A stretch of DNA of 64,000 nucleotides from assembly GCF_009914755.1 (NCBI RefSeq), contig NC_060931.1; one strand, given 5' to 3'. The notes beneath the pieces were generated by a model that saw only the letters and a program-made list of their open reading frames with translations, was not told the DNA's origin and made no database searches. The number at the start of each line of letters is the position of its first letter. Within the stretch, counting starts at the first letter, position 1. Below, piece after piece: positions 44,934-59,900 of the stretch. The stretch comes from the human T2T-CHM13v2.0 reference genome, Homo sapiens. Position numbers and translations under genes: made by a program.

Positions 44934-46017
44934 CTCAGCCCTACTCCACTCCAGCACTATAGTTGTAGCAGGAGTTTTCCTGCTCATCCGCTTCTACCCT
45001 TTAATAGAAAATAGTCTACCAATCCAAGCCTTTACATTATGTCTGGGGGCCATTACCCCCTTATTTACAGCGATCTGCGCTCTGACACAAAATGATATTT
45101 AAAAAATCATAGCGTTCTTCACCTCAAGCCAGCTGGGCCTTATAATAGTCACAATTGGCATTAATCAACCACATCTAGCATTCCTTAACATCTGCACGCA
45201 TGCCATTTTTAAAGCTATATTATTTATATGTTCAGGCTCCATCAGCCATAACCTCAATGACGAACAAGACATCCAAAAAATAGGAGGACTGTTCAAGACT
45301 TTACCCTTCACTTCCTCCTCCCTTACTATTGGTAGCCTTGCACTTACAGGTATGCCTTTCCTCACAGGCTTTAACTCTAAAGACCTTATTATAGAAACCG
45401 CAAATACATCATACACCAACACCTGAGCCCTTTCTATTGCTCTTATTGCCACCTCCTTAACAGCTGTCTATAGTACCTGTATTATTTTCTTCGTTCTCAT
45501 AGGACAATCTCGCTTCACAACTCTGATTATTATTAACGAAAATAACCCTTCCTAATTAACTCAATTAAGCACCTAACAATACAGCAGTATCTTCTCTGGG
45601 TTCCTCATCACCAACAGTACTATTCCTGCTTCATCCCCCCAAACAATTATACCACTCCACTTAAAGCTCAAAGCCCTAGGTGTAACCACCTTAGGCCTCT
45701 TACTAGCAATGGAGCTTAATCTCATAACTAATAACCTCAAACTAAAGTACCCATTACAGACATTCAGCTTCTCCAATATACTAGGTTTTTATTCAGCCAC
45801 AATCAACCATTCAACCCCCCACTCAAGCCTATTCACAAACCAAAATGTGGCTTCACTTCTACTAGACGTAATTTGACTAGAAAAGTCTATACCAATGACC
45901 ATCTCACAAATCTAAGTTTCAGCCTCCATTACTGTATCTACTCAAAAAGGCCTAATAAAACTCTACTTTCTCTCTTTTTTTATCCCATCCCTTCTAACAC
46001 TACTATTAATTATCTAA
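44934..46017 (+). pseudogene. MT-ND5: NUMT pseudogene of MT-ND5 (3' portion)
   Basis: Matches the ND5 [13 protein letters not shown]...ALTQNDI region; in-frame TAA at 45100-45102 where mtDNA has Lys. Confidence 0.93.
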
Positions 46018-46538
46018 TCTATTACCCCAAGTATTTTCAATTGCAACATAAATACTAACAAATAATGATCAACTAGCAACTACCACTAATCAACACCCAT
46101 AACTGTAGAAGGCAGCCACACCCACAGAATCCTCACACAACCCCACCCCCTCACCCTCAAAAATTATCCAACTCTCTACACTTTAAAATCAATTGTGATC
46201 ACCAGCCCATTGTACTCAACTATTCACTGAACCAACATCAACTCTATTAATCATCCTAATAATAAACCTCCTCAAATGTCTATACTTGACCCTCGTGTTT
46301 CAGGGTATTCCTTAATAGCCATTGCCGCAGTATAACCCAAAACAACCATCATACCACCCAAATAAATCAAAAAGACTATTAACCCCACGAAAGCCCCACC
46401 AAAATTCAACACAATACCACAACCCACAGCACCACTAATAATTAGCCCTAGGCCTCCATAAATAGGAGAAGGTTTCAAAGAAAAGCCTACGAACTCTATA
46501 ACCAAGAGAACATTTAATAAAAATAAAGCATATACCAT
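46018..46538 (-). pseudogene. MT-ND6: NUMT pseudogene of MT-ND6
   Basis: ORF 46272..46538 MVYALFLL...[15 protein letters not shown]...[10 protein letters not shown] is ND6-like and sits on the opposite strand, as in mtDNA. Confidence 0.93.
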
Positions 46539-46607
46539 TATTCCACATGGACTATAACCATGACCTAATGATATGAAAAACCATCATTGTACTTCAACTG
46601 TAAGAAT
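46539..46607 (-). pseudogene. MT-TE: NUMT mt-tRNA-Glu copy
   Basis: Lies between ND6 and CYTB; conserved atgatatgaaaaaccatc core. Confidence 0.85.
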
Positions 46608-46611
46608 ACTG

Positions 46612-47721
46612 ATGACGAATACCCGCAAAAGACACCCGCTAATAAAAATTAACTATTCAGTCATTGATCTTCCCACAGCCTCCAGCATTTCTACCTGATG
46701 AAACTTTGGCTCACTTCTTGGTGCCTGCCTAATTCTCCAAATCATCACAGGATTATTTTTGGCCATGCACTGTTCATCAGACACCTCAACTGCCTTCTCT
46801 TCAGTCACTCATATCAGCTGAGAGGTAAACTACGGATAAATGGTCTGCTATTTTCATGCTAATGGTGCTTCAATATTTTTCATCTGCCTCTTCTTACACA
46901 TTGGCCAAGGGTTATACTACGGGTCATTACTATTCCCAGAAACCTGAAATATTGGCATTATTCTCCTATTCACAACTATAGCAACAACATTCATAGGCTA
47001 TGTGCTCCCATGAGCCCAAATATCATTCTGAGGCACTACAGTAATTACAAATTTACTATCAGCCATCCCATATATTGGAACTGACTTTGTACAATGAATC
47101 TGAGGGGGATTCTCATTTGACAAAGCCACCCTCACACGATTTTTTGCCTTCCATTTCATCTTACCTTTCGTCATTACAGCTCTAGCAACTGTTCACCTTT
47201 TATTCTTGCATGAAACAGAATCTAACAACCCTTCAGGAGTTTCATCAGACCCCGACAAAATCACTTCCCCCCGACAATATACAACCAAAGATGTTCTAGG
47301 TTTAATTTTTCTCCTCCTCCTTCCCGACCTCCTGAGCGACCCAGATAATTACACTTTAGCCAACCCCCTCAATACCCCACCCCACATTAAGCCAGAGCGG
47401 TACTTTTTGTTTGCATATGCAATCTTACGATCTATCCCTAACAAATTAGGAGGCGTACTGGCCCTCGTATATTCCATTCTCATTCTAGCAGTTATTCCAG
47501 TACTTCACATGTCTAAACAACAAAGCATAATAAGTTATTAAGTCAATGCCTATTCTGAATCCTAGTGGCTGACCTGCTTACACTCACATGAATCAGAGGG
47601 CAGCCAGTCAAATATCCTTTCATTGCCATCGGACAGACAGCATCTATCATGTACTTCTCTACCATTCTCACCCTTATACCACTCACTACCGTAATTGAAA
47701 ATAAACTTCTTAAATGAAAAT
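46612..47721 (+). pseudogene. MT-CYB: NUMT pseudogene of MT-CYB
   Basis: HETxSNNP and [39 protein letters not shown] motifs; TAA at 46837-46839; about 8 codons missing before PDLL. Confidence 0.95.
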
Positions 47722-47788
47722 GTCCTTGTAGTACAATTCCATACTCTGGTCTTATAAACCAGAAATGGAGAATCCCCTCCCCGGGGCA
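47722..47788 (+). pseudogene. MT-TT: NUMT mt-tRNA-Thr copy (anticodon reads TAT rather than TGT)
   Basis: gtccttgtagta start immediately after CYTB; ggtcttataaacc anticodon arm. Confidence 0.85.
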
Positions 47789-47790
47789 AC

Positions 47791-47858
47791 TCAGGGAGAA
47801 AGCATTCCCGCTTCACCGTCAACAGCCAAAGCTGAAATTCTAATTAAACTACTGCCTG
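47791..47858 (-). pseudogene. MT-TP: NUMT mt-tRNA-Pro copy
   Basis: ccaaagctgaaattctaattaaactac matches mt-tRNA-Pro antisense; expected position. Confidence 0.85.
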
Positions 47859-48037
47859 AATTTTTTCACAGCACACACTTTAACTACTATGTCAGTATTA
47901 ACCAACTAACAGTACTAATTGATTAGTGGTGTCTGAGAGATGTTTGTGGCTATGGCTGTGGCATTGGCAGTTGAGCTTCCCATGGATATGAGGAAACTCC
48001 TAATTATTGTAGCCAAGGAATCTGCAGCTTCTTGACA

Positions 48038-48160
48038 CCCATCTATCCATCCATCTGTCCATTCGTCTATTCATCCACTTGTCTACCCATCCACCCATCC
48101 ACCCACCCCTCCATTCCTCCATCCCTCTCTATCCTTCCACCCACCCATCCATCCATCCAG
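48038..48160. repeat. (CCAT)n-like simple repeat
   Basis: Degenerate CCAT/CCAC tetramers. Confidence 0.85.
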
Positions 48161-49191
48161 TTAACATCTACCAGTAAGTACCTACTGTATGTTAGACCTT
48201 GTGTAATTGCTGGAGACACAATGGAGAACACAACAGTCATCATCTTATCCTTAAGCTTATAGTACAGCAGTGAGACAGTCAAATAAAAAGGCCATGGCCA
48301 CACAATGTGATTTACATGTTGGAGAGGTGAGCATAGGGGTTATGAAGAACATAGGTCTCCCTTGATAAGTCAATCCATTCAGTGCCCACTTCATCCAGTC
48401 CTCTTTCTACAGTTGACCTCCTTCAGTTTTCTTTCTGTTTTCTCTCTCCACTGTAACCACTTTCCCTTATTAACTTTAAGATATATCCCTTTAGTGAGTA
48501 ATCAGAATTTCAAATTCTTACTCCATATAAAGCATTTTAATGATGTACTTTTATGATATTAGAATTTTGTATCAGACCCTTGCTGCTATATTATAAATAG
48601 ATGACCACACTGTCAAGGTTACAACCACATAAATACTCCAGAAACATTGTAGCAAGGAGAAACTCAAGTTCATTGAAATAATTGGATTAATTACCTTCTC
48701 TTCAGAGACTTGAAATTTTTCTTCCCCTAGCAACTCTCTTTAGAGAAAGTTTTACTGTATAGCTGTATGCATTCATCTCCATCTGTCTGAGATGGCTGGT
48801 TTGGGTTTTCCTATGTGCTCTTAGCAGTTCTGTGAAATTGTTTGCTATTGCATCTGCAGTTCTATTATGATTTGAGATATTTTGAAAGAAGAGTTAGTTT
48901 GTTGCTGACTGCATTATGTTGACCACATCCTCACCTGTGTCGATTTACTTCAGAGTTCCTTTTTTTCTAAAACCACATTATCGATCTTTGTAATAATAGG
49001 TTTTTAGGTATTACAGATGCTTTTTCATAATTTATTTTATTTTCATTTACATAGTCTCCCAATTTAAAAGAAGCCAATGGTATTCATACTTCAGGAAGAT
49101 CTGGGCAAGTTCGAGAGTTTGAGTCCTTTGAATAGAACACTGAAGGACATATGCTACTTCTAGTTTGCTTTACAATTTCTCAGCACTGACA

Positions 49192-49324
49192 TTTTAATTT
49201 TATTTTTTAGAGACAGGGTTTTGTCATGTTGCCCAGGCTGGCCTCGAACCCCTGAGCTCAAGTGATCCATCCGCCTTGGCCTCCCAAAGTGCTGGGATTA
49301 CAGGTGTGAACCACTGTGCCTGGC
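49192..49324 (-). mobile_element. Alu left monomer / FLAM
   Basis: Single antisense monomer. Confidence 0.85.
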
Positions 49325-49959
49325 TCGAAATTTTTGAAATTTAAGAAATACTGTATAGATCTAAATATTTATTTGAGAGATGGAGAGAAGAGCAATTGAG
49401 TGCTAGTGATCTATATAATGTAACTAAAGTGAAGATGCCATTATAATGTTTGAACATGATATGTAAATTTTATGGTTTGTTTCTAATCTAAATGTTACTT
49501 TGAAAAGTTATGGACAAGTCCAGTTGTTTTTGCCTCAGCAGAGAAGTTTCCTCAAATTGAAACTAATTAAGAAAAACATCTAAAAACTTTAATTACTCAA
49601 GAAATATTATCTAATTTGGTATTACTGTCTACAGGAGTCGAATTATGCAAAAATCTTGCTTACAACTACATAATTAGTGATTTTATTGAAATGAAGACAG
49701 GAAAAAATAACATATGGAAAAAATATAAAATACACTGTGAATTAAATGCCTTTATTTACTGCTCTTCTCAACATCTCCAGACTATCAATGGACCACCCAG
49801 ACATGCACAATAATAATTTAATTTTATCATGTTTGATATTTTGCCAAATTTTACATTTTATACTTATCTTTTTTCTATTTTGTCATTAAGCAGGTTTTTC
49901 AAAGTAGGAGAAGAGAACATATTTTAATTAACTGTTTGTTGGCTTGACTTATAACTTTC

Positions 49960-50101
49960 ATTATTTTATTTATTTATTTTCTGTAGAGATGGGGTTTCAC
50001 CATGTTGGCCAGGCTGTTCTTGAACTCCTGGCCTCAAATGATCTGCCTGCAGAGGCCTCACAGAGTGCTGGGATTACAGGCATGAGCCACCGCACCCAGC
50101 T
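49960..50101 (-). mobile_element. Alu left monomer / FLAM
   Basis: Single antisense monomer. Confidence 0.82.
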
Positions 50102-50195
50102 TGATTTATAGCTTTTAAATGTTTAGACTTACAGTATGTAGCTTTCCATCTGTACTCTGGCCACAGGCTCCACAAGTGTTTGAGGAAAGCCTTAG

Positions 50196-50523
<328 letters not shown>

Positions 50524-51155
50524 GATATATATATATATTTTAATAGCACTATATTCACATGATTAAAAACTTTAAAAATATATAGCAAAAGTCAAATTGT
50601 GAAAAGCCTAATTGCCACTCTAATTTCATCCATCACATTCTCACCTCTGCCTGCAAACCATTTCTTGGATAATCACATTTATAAAATTATATATGAATAT
50701 AGCTTTGTATTCTCCTCCCTCCCTTTTATATAAATGTTAGCATTCTGTGTATATTGTCTTATACCTTGCCCTTTCCACTTAACATATTTTGGAATATTTC
50801 CATATTAGTTCATCGAGAAGTTTCTCAATCTTTTAAAACAGTTGCATAGTAGTCCATTGTATGGATATATAACAACTTATTATTTGACTATTCCAAGGAC
50901 ATTTGGGTCATTTCCAATCTGTTACTATTACACACAACACTGACATGCCTGTTTAGTATTACTGCTCCTTGCTCCCAAAATGTCAGCAGCAGCACCCTCT
51001 GTCACAGTGGTCAGCCAATGTGTGCTCTTTCACCTTTCCAACTGCCTCTGAGTGGGAAGAGGGATGGTCATGTCTCCAACATTTATATTTGTCATTGCAT
51101 TTTATTTGTAATTTGTTTGAATTTCTAATTTTACTAATCTTTGTAAGTTTAATTA

Positions 51156-51660
51156 TGTATTAGTTTCCTGTGGCTGCTGTAACACATTGCTGCAGCCTTG
51201 GTGGCTTAAAACAACGAAATTTACTGTCTCACAATGCTGGGTGCCAGAATTCTGAAATCAAGTCTGCAAAAAAGGTGTCTGCAGGGTCACATCCCTTTCA
51301 GACTCTAGAGGAGAATCCATTCCTTGCCTCTTCCAGCTTCTGGTGGCTGTAAGAGCTCCTTGGCTTGCAGCTATATCACTCCAGTCTCTGCCTGCAGCTT
51401 CACATGGCCTTCCTCTCTTTATATCTTCTCTGTATGTCACTTAAAAACTCCCTCTGCCTCTCTCTTATTGCACATGTGGTCTTATTATACATGTGATCAT
51501 ATTACACATGTGATTGCATTTAGGGCCCACTCAAATAATTCAGGGTAAATGCCTCCTTTCAAGATCCTTAACTTAATCTTTTGTCATATAAATGAATATT
51601 CCCAGGTCCCAGGGATTAGAACATGAACAGGTCTTTGGGGCCACCATTTAGCTTACTGCA
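51156..51660 (-). mobile_element. MLT1-type MaLR LTR inside old L1M fragments
   Basis: tgtattagtttcctgtggctgctgtaaca start. Confidence 0.82.
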
Positions 51661-53463
51661 ATAGATGTTGCCAAGTTGTCCTCCAAAAAGTTTGAACCAA
51701 ATTTATACTTTCTTTAGTGATATATGAGTGCCTGTTCCCCACAGTCTTACCAACAGAATGTTGTCAAACTTCTGGATTTTACTAATCTGATAGGGAAAAT
51801 AATATCTTAGTATAGCTTCAATTGCATTTCTCTTATGTGTGAGTTTGAACATTTGTATATATTTATGAGCCTTGAATGTTTATTTCTATGTGAACTATCT
51901 GCTCATGTCCTGTGCTCATTTTTCCCCCCTGGATTCTTGGTCTTTTTTTAAAAAAAAAAACAACACACACACACACAATTTCTAAGCACATCTTATATAC
52001 CAAGATTACCCTTTCATCTTTAAATGAAATACAAACTTTCTTGATTTTTTTTACTTTGTAGTGTCTGTATCATGCACATAAATGTAGTTGTAGTTCTTTT
52101 CCCCCTTTATATAGTTGAATCTTTTATGGCTTCTGTTTTCCTTTTAGTTAGAAAGTATTCCCCTCTCTAAAGTTATATAGCAATTCTCTCAAGCTTACTT
52201 CTAGAACTTTTATGCTTCATTTTTTTCCCAGTTTATCTTGAAGTCTTTGATGACCTTAGAGTTTATCCTTATGTGTTGTGTGAGATATAGATCCAACTAA
52301 ATTTATTCCAGGGCAGGATGTTTCCTGCACTTAGCTTTCTCAGATTTATGAAATATCCTACCTTATAAAAGGCTAAATACTTTGGTATCATGTGTCTAAA
52401 GGGAAGCATAAAAGAACAAGTTAAAATTTGAATTGGTGCCTCCAGTATGGCTAACAGCTATCTATCAAAATATACTAACCGGCCATTTATAGGGCATTAT
52501 TAATTATGATATATCCTTCTAATTAAATACAATTTGCCCTATAGTTAATTATTCTTGCATGCTAGACCCTGTTATAAGTAATTTAATTGTTAATATGTGT
52601 TTGAGCTTTACAACACTGCTATGAGATAGATGGTGTTATTACCCCAATTTTAGAAATTGAGGTAATAACACCACAGATTATCAAATGGAGGCATCTAGGA
52701 TAAATGGCTTGCCTGAGACTACACAGAAGCTGTGTGGTAGGCACAGGAGCTGGGATTTGAACCTAGGCAGCCAGATTCCAAAGCCCACATTTGTGACTCT
52801 TCTGCTATCCCATGGCTTAAGAAAAGTGAGGCACGCAACAATGAGAACGTACTTAACGCCACTGAACTAACTAACTGTACACTTAAAATGGTTAAGATGG
52901 CAAATTTTATGCTATGTACATTATACCACAATTTTTTAAAAATCTATTTAATTAGTTAATTTACATTACAATAGTAAAACTTTTAATGGGCATATTTAAA
53001 ATATTTAATTCACCTACAATTTGATAAGTTTTGATGTATCTATGAAACCATTACCACCACAATGAAGGTAATGAACATAACCATTATCCCCAGAGTAACC
53101 ATTACCCTTCAATGTAAGCTGGAGAAAAATGAAACCGTAGAAGTTCTGGAAGTAAGCATGAGAGAACTAAAAGAAAAATAGAAGCCATAAAAGATTCAAC
53201 TGTATTAAAGGAGAAAAAAACTACAATTACGTTTATGTGCATGATAAAGATACTACATAATAAAATGATCAATAAACATTTTTTAAATTTATTTATCCTT
53301 TCCTCCTGACTTTCCAGCCTTCCATTCTCTACTCCATCCACACAGCATTAAAATTTAAGTTACCTTACAGATCCTTAATGAGAATAATAATCCATATTGG
53401 CATCAAATAAACAACAAGTGGCTTCAGGATGTAAGGGTTTAGCAGTTGGCTAAGTTCAGTCAG

Positions 53464-54950
53464 TTTTTTTTTTATTCAAGTTTTATTTTAGATTCAGGGA
53501 GTGCATGTACAGGTTTGTTATGTGGGTATATTGCTTGATGCTAAGATTTGGGGTACAAACGATTCCATATGCAGGTAGTGACCATAGTACCCTTTCCCTG
53601 CTCCCTCATGCTATAGTAATCCCCAATGTCTATTGTTGCCATGGACTTAATGTCCATGAGTACCTAAGGTTTAGCTCCCACTTATAAGTGAGAACATGCA
53701 GTATTTGGTTTTCTGTTCCTGCTTTAATTTTCTTAGGATAATGGCCTCCAGCTGCATCCATGTTGCTGCAAAGGACATATTTTTGGGTTTTTTTTCATGG
53801 CTGTGTAATATTCCATCGTGTATATGTGCCACATTTTCTTTCTCCAATCCACCGTTGATGAACACCTTGGTAGATTCCATGTCTGTGCTATTGTGAATAG
53901 TGATGAACATATGAGTGTGTGTCTTTTTGATAGAACAATTTTTTTGGATACATACCCAGTAATGGAATTACTGGGTTGATTGGTAGTTTCGTTTTAAGTT
54001 TTTTGAGACATCTCCAAACTGCTTTCCACAGTGGCTAAACTAATACACATTCCCACCAACAACGTATAAGCATTCCTTTTTCTCTGCAGCCTCACCAATA
54101 TCTGTTGCCTTTTGACTTTTTAATAATAGCCATTCTGACTGACAGATAACATCTGGTGTAAGATGTTATCTCATTGTGGTTTTTATTTGCAGTTCTCTGA
54201 TGATTAGTGATGTTGAACACTTCTCATGTTTGTTGGCTGCTTCTCTGTCTTCTTTTGAGAAGTGTCTGTTCCTGTCTTTTGTCTACTTTTTAATGGGGTT
54301 ATTTGTTTTTTACTTGTTGAATTAAGTTTCTTATAGATTCTGGATAATAGACCTTTGTTGCGAATATTTTCTTTCATTCTGTATGCTATCTGTTTATTCT
54401 GTTGATAGTTTTTTTTGTTGTGAAAAGCTCTTTAGTTTAATTAGGTCTGACTTGTCAATTTTTGTTTTTATTGCAATTGCTTTTGAGAGCTTAGTCATAA
54501 ATTCTTTCCCAAGGTTGATGTCTAGAATGGTACTTCCTAGGTTTTCTTCTAGGATTCTTATAGTTTGAAACCTTACCTTTAAGTCTTTAATCTATCTTGA
54601 GTTAATTTTTGTATATGGTAAAAGCTAGCGGTCCAGTTTCATTCTTCTGCATATGGCTAACTAGCTATCCTAGCACCATTTACTAAATAGAAAATCCTTT
54701 CCCCATTGGTTATTTTTGTTGACTTCATCAAAAATCAGGTGGTTGTAGGTGTGTGGCTTTATTTCTGGGTTCCCTATTTTGTTCCCTATTCTGTTCCATT
54801 CATCTATGTGTCTGCTTTTGTACTAGTACCTCGCTGTTTTGGTTACTGCAGCCTTGTAGTATAGTTAGAAGTTGAGTAATGTGATGCCTCTGGCTTTGTT
54901 CTTTTTGTTTAGCATTGCTTTGGTGATTTGGACTCTTTTGGTTCCATGTG
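53464..54950 (-). mobile_element. L1P (old L1PA/PB) 3' portion
   Basis: Antisense L1 3' UTR and ORF2 end; ORF 53671..53910 SFAATWMQLEAIIL is an L1 signature. Confidence 0.9.
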
Positions 54951-54951
54951 A

Positions 54952-55260
<309 letters not shown>

Positions 55261-56419
55261 TAGAAAAAAATATTTTTAAAAATGAGGCAGATCTATACAC
55301 CCTAATCTGGAGTGAAAGCCATGAAGAAGTAAGGGGTTCAGGGAAGGAGAGAGAAAAATAAGTAAAGGAGAACTCCGGTTTCATTGTTTAAATATGCATA
55401 TGTGTTTGTCTGTATATATGTAATAGGAATATATATAATATATATACATAAGAAAGTATACATGTGCAGAAAAAACTCTAGATGATAAACATCAAATTGT
55501 TAACTGTGACTATTTGTGGTTAGAGGGATTAGAGAGGAAGGATTTTTTAAACTTCACACTCTTCTGTAATTTTGTGAGGGAAACTGCAATGAATAACCTT
55601 TACTTTTGAAATCAAATGGAAAAGATGCAGGGTGGCCCCCCAAAAAGTCACCTATCATCACATCCCCACCCACCTGCCTCTCCCAGGGCCTTTACATCTT
55701 TGATCCTCTACTTTACACCAGGCACAGGGGCCGGTGTCAAATTGGTCACTTGTCCCAAGTTGCTGATCAGAAATCTTGCATTTTCTGTGTTTGCTCAGCA
55801 CCAGGCTTTCGGGATTTCTTTGTACTCTTCCCCTGTATACCTTGGATTTTCCAAAGGCTGATTATAAAATAGGTGTTTAATATCTCACCAGTAGCAACTG
55901 GTATATGCTCATGTGCAAAGTGGCTTACAATGTTCATTAAAAGCAGATACCAGCATGGGACACACATAATGCAAGCGGGGAGGCATGTCTGGCAGACTGT
56001 TCCCAAGACGTAACCTCATGAAAGAAGAAAGTGAAAACCACGCCCTCTTTTGGTCACATTTTAACTTTTTCTTCATGTGTCAAATCATAGTTGTTCTGAA
56101 GCCCTCCAGGGTCATGGAGGTGGGTTAGGGGTTTGGCTCTAGACTGATGTAATCCTACACCTGTGTTCACATCACCTCCATCTCTGTGCCAGCTGTCACT
56201 CCTCCACTGTCAGCAAATGTGGACTCCATGTTTTCCCCTGCTGCTCCAAATCACAGCCTCCCTCACCTCCTGTGCCTGTTGCTCCTCCTCCTGCTTGGCT
56301 GCTCTTTCTACTTCCTTTCTTCCTTCTCCGAGGCTTCACCTGCACTTAGTGTGGGCATCATCAAGCCAACCAGGCGAGTGCTGTGAGCTGACCCATTACA
56401 GGCAGAGGACTCCTAACAG

Positions 56420-56900
56420 GATGTAAGTCAGGCCTTTTTTCTTCTCGGCTCAAAATGCTCCTAGGAGTCCTCATTTCACCCAGAGCAAAAGCCAAAGTCC
56501 TTTCAGGCCCTGTGAGGACTCACACGACTTGATCCTCCTTTACCTCATTCTCCACGGCTCTCTCTCTTGCTTACTCTGATCCTGGCACATCAGCCTCCCT
56601 GTCACTCCTTGCCCAAGCCAGCCATGCTCCCAGCCGAGGGCCTTTGCACTCGCTGTCCCTTCTGCCTGGAACGCTCTTCCTCTGGGTACCACATGACTCA
56701 GTCTCACCTCTTTCAAGTCTGCTCAAACGCAGCACTTCCACAGTGAAACCTCTGGCCACCCTATTTGTGACTGCAACCCACTCTATCCCCCTTCTGTCCT
56801 CCTCTTCCCTACTTTATTTTTCTCCCTAGCAGGGATTTTCATCTCTTTCATGCACTGATGAATCCCCAACATCTTCATCAGTGTTGAGCGAATAGTCAGT
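56420..56900 (-). mobile_element. L2 fragment
   Basis: agggcctttgcactcgctgtcccttctgcctggaacgctcttcc L2 hallmark. Confidence 0.75.
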
Positions 56901-59900
56901 GGACATTAATAGCTCAGGAATGAATTATTTGTATATTTTAGAATCATGGGATCTTCATACGGGCTAAGCTATTTTCACCAGGATTTGGTCTTGGAGGTCT
57001 TTTTAGTATCACTATATTGCTGGGTTTTGCATCTGTTTGAGGTAATGGATTGTTAAGGATCCCTCCTGGGCCAGGAAGCTGAAGGTATAACATGGAGAAG
57101 TCCCCAGTGTGAAGGACCATGAGGGGCAGTCACACTGGGCCAGGGAGAAGCTGAGACATAGCAGCCACTTCCAGGAGACTTGGATTAATCTACATGAGAG
57201 CTTCAAGAAGTCTCTGTTCCACTTACCCCAAAGCCAGCTCCAATCTAGGCACCAAGTCCCATATGCAAATACTGGTATCTCCCATAGGAGAGCCCCATAG
57301 CTTCATCAACAGGAACAGCTCACCCAATTCCCTGAGGGTAGGAGGCCTTGATATAGACAGTCATCAGAATGGAGTCCTCTTAGCATCTGCATCTTAAACA
57401 GAAGTCGACAGTTAGGGGTGCAGTGGTTGAAGCTCAAAGACCTAGACTAGCCACCCACTCCCTTCTTTATGCCCAGACCTGGGGGTAGGATATTTTTCCT
57501 GGACTACTGTTCTACAAACTGGGGGTGGAGGTGGGGGTCATCTGAGCAGAAACGGCAGGGGGCATGGCAGATGCTCTTCTCTCTCTCATTCTGCCAGGCC
57601 CGGTAGAGCAGCTATCGACACAGTTGCAGGAAGGCATGAATTGCTGAGCCAGGTCTGACCTGGCTGCCCTCAGGAAGCCCTCTGACAGGGACCCATCAGC
57701 TAAGCTGGCACCACGTGGTGTGCCTGGCATTGTTCTTTAGATATTCTACTTCTTGACTTCAAAAAGCATGTTCTAAGATTGGTTAAACCCAGTATCCAGC
57801 GTCTGGATGATTGTAAGGGACTCAATGCGGATGGCCCCTTTTCCTGTTGAGTTTTTTAAAACCCTGGCCTCTGAAAAATCTTCGTTCTCTGTGTGTGTGC
57901 ACTTAGCAAGCCTCCCAGTCCTTTGCCATCTTTATAAATCAAAAGTCTCTGGTACACAACACATGAGATTACTACTGTTGGCCCAAGAAAGACCTTGGAA
58001 CACTTTTGTCCTTTTGAACCAGAGTCACCTGACTCTGGGCCATTTCCCTGACATAAGATTCCAAGGTAGAGTTTACTAAGATTTCACTCATATTGCTCAG
58101 TTTATGCTTACAGCTAAGAGAAAAAAGTTTTAATAATTTCAACTATTAATCAAAAAGAATAAAAAGATAGCAATATCGATTCATATACATTAATATAGAT
58201 ATGAGCCATGAGGGCTACCTGGGAAGGAGAACATTTCTAATATCATTTTGTTCCAAGACCCTGACACCTGGAATTTTGTCTTTCTAATTTTTTTCTCCTT
58301 TCTTTCTTCTTCTTTCTCTCTCTGATTTTCTGTCTTTCATAAAGTTTTTTGTGATGGCTTTCCTAATGACATTTTATTGTTATTTTTATAAAGTAGAGGA
58401 ATGTTTGTTTGCTAGTATTAATTGCCTATTACAAGTCCATTCAAATATATAGATACAATATTTTCTAAAATATTCTTAGATTGTGGTATATGTAAATTTT
58501 CTTCATGAATTTCTACTAAGGTTCATTGCTTCCTAAAATTATTGTGCCTGTTGGTATAATCCAGTAGAGCAGGTGATATTTTTCTTTTATTAGTGCAGAA
58601 AACATAACCAAAATTATAATTAAAGCAGTTGGTTGAACAGTGAATGAAATATATCACATAACAACCTCATACTTAGATATTACTAATTGTAATTCAATAT
58701 AATTAACACTTTACAAATTATCCATTATTATTTATTTGGACCGAAAAAAAGCATGCTCTGAGGCTCTTTGCTGTCTGCCTAGGCATTTTTGTGTGGATGA
58801 TAAAACGATGCCACATTCTATAGTAATAAATATATATGTATGTATATATGTATACACACACACACATTTAATTTCCTTTGACAGATTTTCTCCCTGTATG
58901 AGGCAAATGTTCCAACTTATAGATTAAAACCTGTTAGTGAAACTGCTCATGAAGTATGCGTAATGCTCTGAGGTTTAATAAGCAGTTTCTGGGAAGCTGC
59001 ATGGCTGTTGGAGCATAACTATTACTACAAGGTTGTTATTATTTGATTAGCTCACTATAGAGGAGCCTTGTGAGATTTTGTCATGGATCACTGTCTGCAT
59101 GTAATAGCTTCTCTCCTTAGTTACAGGAGTAAACCAGCAGTAAACTCCAGAGGCTCAACTCAGGGATGTTGCTATCTTATGCTCTTAGGAAGCATACTAG
59201 GTGTGATTAACCCCTTCTGAGCTGGTTAAAAGTGAATTTTCACAGCCTAACTTAGAAAAAGAATTTTTTCCCCCACTTACTGATGATCTCAGACACAACT
59301 CTTAAGTAAGCAAAAGAAGTATAATCAGTTTCTTGAATAGTTAGAAACCTGGTTAATAAGTCACTTTTAGTGACAGGTCTCTGCCATTACAAGCAATCCC
59401 TCTCTTGTTTTTTGCTTTAGACCCAGACCTAGATGCACCTGAAATGCCAAGGAAGAGGAACCACTGGATGACTGAGGAAGGCATGAAGAAAGATGCATCC
59501 TTAAACTAGACCTTCAAGATGGAATAGAGTTTTTAAGAAATAACACTTACACTGAATTGCTTTAATTATATAAAGGAACCATAGAACATTTGAAAAAATG
59601 TAGATAAGAATAAAGATGTAAAGATTCAAGGATTTAGTCTTTGGTAACTGTCTTTATAAGTAATATTGTAATAAACATCCTTGTGCATAAATTTTGAGTG
59701 TCTCTAGAGATAAATTCTGATTGATCAGAATCAGAGATAAATTCTAAATTTCTTAGGATAAATTCTGAGAGCTGAAATTTTTGGGTCTAAGGCCTCTGAA
59801 ACTTTATTGCTAAATTGCCCTCCAAAGGATTCTTACTAATTTGTCTTCATACGTGCCACCTATGAATCTCCAAAGCCTCTGTATGATCAGACAGAAGTGG

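Larger units (their letters stand above)
44934..47926 (+). pseudogene. NUMT: nuclear copy of mtDNA from partial ND5 to the start of the control region
   Basis: Colinear mitochondrial gene order; recognisable but clearly diverged from human mtDNA; disabling mutations. Confidence 0.97.

Noticed and set aside
46272-47541. ND6-like and CYTB-like ORFs as functional genes
   Set aside because: Nuclear context, wrong genetic code for expression, and nonsense changes and deletions in the same block.
59100-59620. Possible terminal lncRNA exon (ctttag acceptor, AATAAA near 59609)
   Set aside because: Splice and poly(A) motifs alone are too common. It cannot be supported without transcript data.
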